Part shown: positions 53,501-60,700 of the stretch, one piece after another | How positions within the stretch are numbered: the first letter of the stretch is position 1 | How the letters are laid out: each line of letters starts with the position of its first letter | NCBI GenBank assembly: GCA_019058315.1 | Contig: JAHPZH010000003.1 | Span: forward strand, 779,983 to 843,982 | Origin: Candidatus Helarchaeota archaeon | GTDB lineage: Archaea; Asgardarchaeota; Lokiarchaeia; Helarchaeales; RDOG01 | DNA: 64,000 nt | Reading direction: 5' to 3' | Made by a program: the position numbers and the translations under genes | The notes under the pieces: model-generated | Databases searched by the model: none | What the model was told of the DNA's origin: nothing | The model's input: only the letters and a program-made list of their open reading frames with translations

Positions 53501-54386
53501 TTATTTGTTGGGGAATGTTTTTAAGGTACTTTCTGAAGATATTGTCGAGAAATGGATAAGTTACTTATTAAAATTATCCAATAAAATAGCAATTAATCTA
53601 ATTTTAAATATACTTCATTTTTATTATTTATTAAAAAAGCCAAAAAAGAAATTACCTAAAGATATTACATTTAGGGTTTTAACTTCTCCAGTATTAATTC
53701 AAATGCCAAGTAATGTAGGATATCATTCATTAGAATTGGATTGGATAGAAATTGCCAAAGAATTTATATCATTATATCCAGATTCGAGTATTAAGCTTGC
53801 TGATAAAATTTTAGAAAACTTTGGGAAGGAAGGAACAATTTTTGATAGATATAACTCAAGAACTCCGACAATTCTTAATCAGATAACAATAAAGTCTCCA
53901 AAAGAAGTCTGGGAAAAAATTATAAAATATATAGGTCCCCCTATAGATTCAAGGGCATTTCATATAACAAAATGGTTGAGAGGGGATGAATTCTCGGAAT
54001 TTGGAATTAGAGGTGCTTTATCTGTTATACCTCCACAAGAAATATGGAAATGGATAGATCAAAATATTGAAGAACGAGCATGGTATGTTGCAAGTTTTGT
54101 ACCCAAAATTCTTTTTAGAGACCCAGACAAAATTTGTTTAGCAAGGGAAGTTCTTGTTAGATATGGAAATAGAAGAGATGTGAAGGATAATTTAATAGCT
54201 AATTTTTTAACAGAGGGTTGGATGGGACCTGCAAGTGTTTATTTTCAAAGTAAAAAAGACAAACTAATAGAATTTGCAAAATCTGAAAAAAATGAATTTG
54301 TAGTTAACTGGATTAATGAATATATCTCTCAAATAGAAAAAGATATAAAAAATGCAAAATTTCAAGAAGAACGACGTTTTCCTTAG
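50592..54386 (+). CDS. Restriction-endonuclease-like effector + STAND-type NTPase + helical repeat domain (AVAST/Avs-like antiviral candidate)
   Basis: ADGGIDAEV...GYQIKTG (D..QxK nuclease), Walker A GEPGIGKT, Walker B IIVIDEC, CGGSP (GxP), long helical C-terminus; 1264 aa. Confidence 0.75.
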   Translation: MGMDNILTVKPDYLGRLNLITAVDLFRELLWAEARKNGIPISKIHVSSRVTVADGGIDAEVDETNITSDLIISGTTGYQIKTGTSFEPWRESIIKKELFGENKPAILQNLGLSIKNILDKNGTYVIVCFGHDLVSTQRTEARSIIYDFLTDCGYENPDIEVWGQTQLIGFISVFPSLVLKLMGRDNLKFQSHTSWAMQDDMRKTFNAGEEQLNFIRKMQDELRKNDKAIHIRVFGEPGIGKTKLVLEATRAEDLSPLILYCSSASIFRDSNLMYELLRTDNQFHVIIVIDECDQDNRSYIWNKFKHYGPRIKIISIFNEFDETTGNITYLEVFKLENEQISLIIQGYGIGEAPSIRFAEICGGSPRYAHLIGNNLRYNPDDIFKPPDTVDIWTKQIIGSDPPDSEKVRKIRIILRHIALFKKFGYEKPAGSEAEEILKLIQKVDPDISWGHFQEIIEELRNRKILQGEFTLYITPKALHIKLWIEWWEIYGKSIKLEEFLKNLSSQLREWFNNMFKYAKESKFSLEKVNEILGENGPFQKDFFFNTSLGAKFFLALTEANPKSALICLNKTIGQMSREELTKFKDGRREIVWALEKIVIWKDLFIGGADILLALAEAENESWSNNATGIFIDLFSPGFGHVSMSEASLEERFPILEKAIESDSKLKREIGFKALNNSLKTGRFSRIVGAEYQGLKMGPKFWVPKNYEEIIDWYSKIWDYLLDKMDYLIEDEKSTVIDILLNNSRNLIIIKELTRKIIETLKFLIEKFEHKRNDILKHIINIIRYENKNLDEITLNELENLKKKIIGNDLHSLLKRYVGLILIEDMIDENGKHIDKKKPILEKLAVDAIKNKEKLIHELEWLTTSEAKDGSRFGYELGIKDENFSLLPKLIETQKKIKPDSSFMFLSGYFRAVFELNQNLWEEKLDNLKENKETIKWIPELTFRTGITDRAALRLLRLLEKGSLEIKDFQNYLLGNVFKVLSEDIVEKWISYLLKLSNKIAINLILNILHFYYLLKKPKKKLPKDITFRVLTSPVLIQMPSNVGYHSLELDWIEIAKEFISLYPDSSIKLADKILENFGKEGTIFDRYNSRTPTILNQITIKSPKEVWEKIIKYIGPPIDSRAFHITKWLRGDEFSEFGIRGALSVIPPQEIWKWIDQNIEERAWYVASFVPKILFRDPDKICLAREVLVRYGNRRDVKDNLIANFLTEGWMGPASVYFQSKKDKLIEFAKSEKNEFVVNWINEYISQIEKDIKNAKFQEERRFP

Positions 54387-54505
54387 TTTCGTAGCTTTAA
54401 TTTTTTTTCTTTTAGTTCTAATAGATTTAAGAACTATAATTTAATGAAATTAATTAACTTAAAACTAATTTATTTTTTGATATTATAAAAAAATTGGAGG
54501 ATATT

Positions 54506-55681
54506 ATGAAGTTTAATAATATCGATGAAAGGAAACTATATTCAGTGATTAACAAAGAACTCTTTGATGAATTGGATAAAGAATATTGGGATAAGAGAAT
54601 GGAAATTATAGGGTATGAAGTTTATACAGATTGTGCTATTAGTGGGGAATGGATTTATGATCCATATTTCTTATTAATTGATGAAAATTTTAAATCTAAC
54701 CAAAAAGCAAATAAAAAATTAAAATTGATAATAACTTTTTTTCGATATCCAAGAGAAAATATCATCTCTCCCCAAACTGCAACGAAAAAGGAACAATTTT
54801 ACCATGGTGGTCATATTGAGAATGAAATTGTTACACTTGCATCCCTCTTCTTACGTAAAAGATTTGAACTTGGACCAATGATTTTTATGGGTAATAAGGA
54901 TGTAATTGCTAGACCAATCAAAAAACAAATAAAAACACCCAATAATGAAGATAAAACTAAGAATATACCTGCACCTGAGATTATAACAATAAATAATCCA
55001 TTAATTGATCCAGAAATAGTTGAAAAAACTAATAATCTTAACGAATTGACAGAATGGTTCAAATTATTAGAAAAACTAGATCCGAAATACCATTTAAAAT
55101 TTATGCTAGCCGTAAGAATGTATTATCAAGCGTTATTTCAAATCGAAAAAGAACCAGATCTAGCATATTTGAATCTAGTTTCAGCAATTGAAGTTTTGTG
55201 TCAAGATACTAATATTGGTGAAATCAAACTTACTGAAATTAATCAAAAGTTGGCTAAACTTTTAGAATCTATAGACAATGTTCAATTAAGAAATGATATT
55301 GAAAAATCTATTTTAAAAGAAAAAAAGTTTATAGCACGTAAATTTAGTAAATTCATTCTAAATAATATCGAAAATAATTTTTGGAATGAACCAAATCGAC
55401 CAAATACAGGAAGAATTACTCATGAAGAGCTTCCTGATTTATTAATGAAAATTTATCAACAGCGTTCAAGGACATTACATAGTGGAGAACTTTTTCCACC
55501 ATTTAAGACAATGATGAGATTTGTACCAAGAGAGGAAATAAATAAACGGGCAGTATGGTGTCTAGATAGAATTCAATGGTATCCCAAAGATCTAATTCCT
55601 TATCCTCAATTTTTTGAAAAACTGGTGAATCATGTATTAAAAACATTTCTTAGGAGAAATCAATTAAAGAAAGATATTTGA
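54506..55681 (+). CDS. ApeA-like HEPN-domain RNase
   Basis: AYLNLVSAIEVL helix and R-x4-H motif RSRTLH (55463-55480); GGAGG RBS before ATG 54506. Confidence 0.75.
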   Translation: MKFNNIDERKLYSVINKELFDELDKEYWDKRMEIIGYEVYTDCAISGEWIYDPYFLLIDENFKSNQKANKKLKLIITFFRYPRENIISPQTATKKEQFYHGGHIENEIVTLASLFLRKRFELGPMIFMGNKDVIARPIKKQIKTPNNEDKTKNIPAPEIITINNPLIDPEIVEKTNNLNELTEWFKLLEKLDPKYHLKFMLAVRMYYQALFQIEKEPDLAYLNLVSAIEVLCQDTNIGEIKLTEINQKLAKLLESIDNVQLRNDIEKSILKEKKFIARKFSKFILNNIENNFWNEPNRPNTGRITHEELPDLLMKIYQQRSRTLHSGELFPPFKTMMRFVPREEINKRAVWCLDRIQWYPKDLIPYPQFFEKLVNHVLKTFLRRNQLKKDI

Positions 55682-55980
55682 AATTAGAATATATTTAAAA
55701 TATATACCTAGAATAAAGGTTCAGAAAGTTATCACAAATTCAGATAAATGTCATGATTGATAAAATTTCAATTTAACATAAATCAGAATATATTATATTA
55801 TCAACCCTGGCAGCACTATAAATTACAACTGTATTGACTAATCTACGATAGCAATATCAAACATACCTAAACATCCTAATATATTATTAAAGGTAAATGA
55901 ATAAAATACATTCAGATTTTGGATTTAAAATATAGTAATGAACTACCAAACAGGAAACTGAATGATATTCGTCCCGATTT

Positions 55981-56105
55981 TGTCATCATACTCCTCACGG
56001 AGTCGGAGGAACTGGCTGGTCCACACAGCCCCTTGCCGTACATCTCAGAGACCTCTTGATGTAAGGCACTGTGTCAAAGTTTGCGAATTGTCGAGAGACT
56101 TTGCC
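55981..56105 (-). ncRNA. Putative TnpB omegaRNA scaffold / element right end
   Basis: GC-rich run of hairpins overlapping the tnpB 3' end: 56075-56103, 56034-56068, 56014-56030 and ACTCC-GTGA-GGAGT (GNRA loop on minus strand, 56003-55990). Confidence 0.6.
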
Positions 56106-57448
56106 CCGCTTTGAGTCGTATTAATGGCACCATTTAATATGGCGGAGGCTGATAAATCCACATTACCCGTTGCCAACAATCTCACCTTCCGTATCATCGG
56201 AAAGTTCTTAACTGATGGCACTTTTTTAAACTTTGACAATAAATTCACATATCCAATTATTGTTTTCAAACCATTATTCATTTTATGTGAGCCACTGTAT
56301 AAATCCATAAGTCCTTTTAGGGCAATATTCAACGACGCATTTCTATCCCTATGATCAACATGACCACAATGGCTACATTTGAAAAGCCTTTTATGTTTAT
56401 GTGATTCTTTTTTAGTCTGGCAGACTACACAGTTCTGGGAAGTATAGTGAGGGTTAACGCAATAACTAAAATAACCACGAATAAATGCTTTATATGTAAT
56501 AAAATCTTGCAACTTCTTAAATCCCCAATTGTGATATTTCAAATTATTCTTTTTTCCCCAATTTATATTATCCCGGATATTTGTGAGGTCCTCGAAAATA
56601 ACTACAGGATTTTGAAACTTTGAAATCCACTCTACTGCCAATTTACTAGCAATATGAAGGATATGATTTGTAATTTTTCGCTGTTTTTTACCTACTTTTT
56701 TTACCATTGAAGTTTTATTACGTTTCTGGAGTCGTTTTCTTATCTTGAAAAATTGATATCGTTGATGAGCAAGAGGTGAATAATCTATTATAAGAGACCC
56801 TAAAACCTCACCATTTGAATTCAACGCACTTAAAGCTAAATTAGTAGTATTATTATCAATACCAATAAAAGTATAACTTTTAAAATCATCATATGTTGCC
56901 TTTTTTCCCAAATCAACATTAATAATTAAATAATATTTTTTCCCCATTTTTTTCAAATTTGCACTCCCAAATTTTAAAGCTTCTGCAAGTCCAAGCTCGA
57001 CTATTTTCATATGTCGCTCTGAACCAATAAATTCTAAGATCATCCTTACACCCTTTCTCATACTAATCCTAACTTGATTATGTTTTAATAATCTATACCC
57101 TTCATTTGGTCTAAGTCGAACAGTCATAGATTTGATTACTGGATTAGGTGGTCTAGCACGATTATCAACTTTACTCTTTCTTAAATACGACTTTATAGAT
57201 TCATTTGCCACATCACGGCAACATTGCCTAGTACTTGCTAATATATTCCCCTTTACTTGACAGCTTTCCAAAAACATTTTAGAATAACGTCCAGACTTTT
57301 TCCAATGTTCCAGATATTGTTTGTAAACCGCCCCATACTCTCTCATTAGATCGTCTAATTGTTCTTCTACCTTTTTTGAGGTAATCAAAAGCTTAAATTT
57401 CATCGCAATTATGAGATTATCTTTTTTATTTTTGTTATTCCAAGGCAT
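56045..57448 (-). CDS. tnpB: TnpB / Cas12f-like RNA-guided endonuclease (IS200/IS605-IS607 family), no adjacent tnpA
   Basis: RuvC-I FIGID, RuvC-II VIFEDL, W.F..LQ..I.YKA, YTSQNCVVC..FKCSHCG Zn finger, RuvC-III HRDRNASLNI. Confidence 0.92.
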   Translation of the reverse strand: MPWNNKNKKDNLIIAMKFKLLITSKKVEEQLDDLMREYGAVYKQYLEHWKKSGRYSKMFLESCQVKGNILASTRQCCRDVANESIKSYLRKSKVDNRARPPNPVIKSMTVRLRPNEGYRLLKHNQVRISMRKGVRMILEFIGSERHMKIVELGLAEALKFGSANLKKMGKKYYLIINVDLGKKATYDDFKSYTFIGIDNNTTNLALSALNSNGEVLGSLIIDYSPLAHQRYQFFKIRKRLQKRNKTSMVKKVGKKQRKITNHILHIASKLAVEWISKFQNPVVIFEDLTNIRDNINWGKKNNLKYHNWGFKKLQDFITYKAFIRGYFSYCVNPHYTSQNCVVCQTKKESHKHKRLFKCSHCGHVDHRDRNASLNIALKGLMDLYSGSHKMNNGLKTIIGYVNLLSKFKKVPSVKNFPMIRKVRLLATGNVDLSASAILNGAINTTQSGAKSLDNSQTLTQCLTSRGL

Positions 57449-57498
57449 AACTTATCTATTATTAATTTATATATAAACCCCCCTTTAATTTTAGTTTG

Positions 57499-57717
57499 GG
57501 AAAGACTTTCCGAAAATTTTAATTATATAAACTTTGACACTCGCCGCTTTTTTTGGTTCCAGAACATTTTGTCCTTTCTTAGATTAGTCTAGAGCCAAAT
57601 TTGGAATCAAAATCGTTATGTTATTTATAAAGTAAAATTAGCAATTTGGCGTTTTTGGAAAAGTGGTCTAAGAAAAATTTAAATATCAAACATAGAGCCT
57701 GGCTTTCCTAAAATTTT
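57499..57717. promoter_or_regulatory. Structured divergent intergenic region between tnpB and the giant ORF
   Basis: GGAAAG-A-CTTTCC palindrome 57499-57511; CTTTCC(G/T)AAAATTTT direct repeat at 57506 and 57703; long stems within 57551-57675. Confidence 0.45.
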
Positions 57718-57762
57718 TTCGAAAATTTTGTGAAAATTTCGGAGTTGAAAAAATTGCTCGCA

Positions 57763-60700
57763 ATGTCGTCATACTTTAATAAGTTGAAATTACATCTGAA
57801 AAGGAATGGTATTGAGGAAGATAAACTATATGAACACCAAAAAAAAGCACATAAGTTATTATTTGAGGGTTTTAATTATGCTGCCTTTGTTCCAACAGGT
57901 TTTGGAAAAACAGAAGATGCTTTGGCTGCTCTTGGACGTGCATTATATTATAATCGAGTTGGGGTTTATCTCGTACCCCGAGTGATGTTGCTCCACCAAA
58001 AAGCAAAACTGCTAAAAACATTCTTTAAGGGAATCGCACGGGTTATTATCATCCAAGGTGATATAAAACCCCACCCAAGGGAGTTAAAGAGTCCGTGGGG
58101 AAAGCTCATTATTGTGGCAACATTTGAGAGCTTTAGAGCTTTCTTATTCTCAATCCAAAAAAGAAAATATTTTGACAGAAAAACGAATATCTTTGGTTCT
58201 GTAGTTATTGATGAAGTGCACATGCTCGGAGACAGAACCCATGGAGCTGCACTTGAGACAATGCTATATAAATTACATAGGGAGCACGATTCTCAGTTTT
58301 GTTTTTTAAGTGGGAGTTTTGAAAAAACTTCTGCTGATTGGTGGTGCAAAAGGTTCAACTGTAAATTAGAATATATATCTCACGAACGGGATTTTTATTG
58401 CTGGAATATTTACGCCGAGTATCCTACTTTTAAATGGAAGGATAATAAAATCAAAGGATTATGCTACGAATTTTTAGAATTTCATATATCTCACGATATT
58501 CAGGATTCAGCAGAAATACGCTCAGGAAAGATGGTGATTTTTGCGAGAAGTCGTAAAAAAGCGGAAATATATTGTAATAACGTTAAAAACTCCTTAACAT
58601 CTAGTAGACCTAAGTATGAAGACCATTTTAAATGCAGTTTTATACACGCGGGTATGGCATTAGAGGAAAGAAAACAAATTTTTGATGAGTTTAACAGTGA
58701 TGAGGGTGTTAGATTTCTTTTTTGTACAACAGTGATTGAAGTAGGTATCGATGTAAAAAATATTGAGGTGGTCTTGATAGAAGATGCTCATTCGTATTCA
58801 GCCATTAAAAGAACCCAGATGATTGGCAGGATGAGGTTGAATCATGGAGTAGTCATAAATATAATTCGAAATTTTTCTAAACGAATTTTTAAAGAATCAA
58901 TAATTTATGAAAAAACATACCTCGCGAATCAAATCTTACCCAGTATAAATTGTGTACTATTAGGTCTGTATTTTAAGTTATTTGGGAAAAAGAGAATATT
59001 TAGGAGAAAAGAGTTTTCTTCGAAAGAATACGAGAAAGGTAATAATATATTTCATTATAAAGATACCGAACCCATTAGAGGGTATAAATTAAGAAAAATT
59101 TATAGTGACGTTAGTCTTGGACATTTACCCAATCTAATACTTGAATCGTTATTTCGTTCCCCAAAAAACTTATCACAAATACAACAACATATAAGGGGAA
59201 TAATTAGAGAGGACCTGCTCAATAAAAATGAAAATATGATTGAGGAAATAATTAAAAAATTCAAGGCTAAAAAATATATAAGGTCAACAGGAGGTATTTT
59301 TAGTTTAACATATCTTGGGGAGGCTATAGTGGAGGGACACTTACCAGAATTATATTTAGATTGGGTTCTAAAGCTATTCGAAGATGATATCAATCTCCCG
59401 ACTCGAAAATTAAAAACATTAATTGCAGAAATGGTCGCGATCAAAGAAGCAAATTTTAAGAATTATGATGATGTAAAAAAATTCGTTAGAAAATACAATA
59501 ATGACCCGATAATTTATGCTGAAAATCTTAAAAAATATGGGATTTTAAAGGGAGATGCAGATGTTTATCGTCGCTGTGCTGCTTGGATTGCTAGCGCTAT
59601 TTACTTACTTTATAGGGGGTATCAGTTCCATAATTACGTTGAAAAAGTTCGTTCCAACAATGAATGCAAAAATGAAAGTGTGTCTTCAAAAAACTGTCCT
59701 AATTATTTACAAGTGAGACTCAAGGAACCAAGGAAAACTTCTAAAAGGATTTGTAATAGAATTAATCGAATTATTAAAACTTTTCAAAAACCTGGTAAGA
59801 ACATAAATCTGCAAAAACCTCCCATGTGGGAGTATCAAAAATATCATAGTCCAAATGAGGCTGCCTTATTAGACGAAAAGATCATTAAAGTAATGGGAGA
59901 AAATGATGGGCCTACTAAATATGAACTTACCCAAAAAATTAACCGCGACCCTGACTATAAAGACACCCTTATTACAGAGTCAAGAATTGCAGGACGGTTG
60001 AGAAAAAGCCTGGCATCAGAAATTCAGTGTGTCAAGGTTTACAATAATATTGGCGCACCCTATTTCAGATATTATTTAAAGGGAAATGTGCCAGAGCAAA
60101 GTGAGTTCACTTGCGCAGATTGTAATAATTTTGATAAAGATCCGGCCAGAAGGATTTCAACAGCAGCTACAATTTATACTTGCCAAAAATTGCAAATAGC
60201 GATAAACGCGAATACCCCTTCATGCGCTCATTTTGAACCGTATGAAAATGAATCTAGGACGTTTGCTATTTTTCCATTCAAATGGAACGTAGAGATATGC
60301 CCCAATTGTAATAAGAGAAAAACTATAAGAATGCCTCAACATGGAGAAGCGACCATTTGTAGGTATTGTAATGCCCTTGTTGAGCGAACGGGCAATGGTA
60401 CTTTTAGAACCACTACCAGACATAAAATCTCAGAAGACTTGGTCTTGAAGGATGATAATGGGATGAAATATATTGAAACTGATCCGAATAAGAGGGCAAT
60501 TTTTGTTCCAAAGAACCATGCATTAGTAACTGAATTCATTCCCCAAGGGAAATATTACATCGTTAAAGTACATGGACTCGGAATACGATCTTTTTTACAA
60601 CAGGTCGCTGAAGTGGTCATGGCAGGGGGGACTATATGCGAGGATACTAAAGAACTTCTGAAACAATATGAAATAAAAATAACAACTTTTTCTGATGAAC

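Noticed and set aside
54387-54493. Integron attC site between the defence genes
   Set aside because: There is no RYYYAAC...GTTRRRY pair and no integron integrase in the window.
56071-57540. 12-bp inverted repeat GTGTCAAAGTTT (56071-56082) / AAACTTTGACAC (57529-57540) as terminal inverted repeats of the tnpB element
   Set aside because: One copy lies inside the tnpB CDS/omegaRNA rather than at its end, no target duplication is visible, and a 12-bp match over 1.5 kb can arise by chance.
55682-57762. CRISPR array near the Cas1 and TnpB genes
   Set aside because: No regularly spaced 25-40-bp direct repeats were seen here or elsewhere in the window. An array could still lie beyond 64000.
57763-58900. 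Calling the helicase Cas3
   Set aside because: There is no HD nuclease domain, and the DEVHMLGD..G and ratchet-like motifs fit the Ski2/Hel308 family better.
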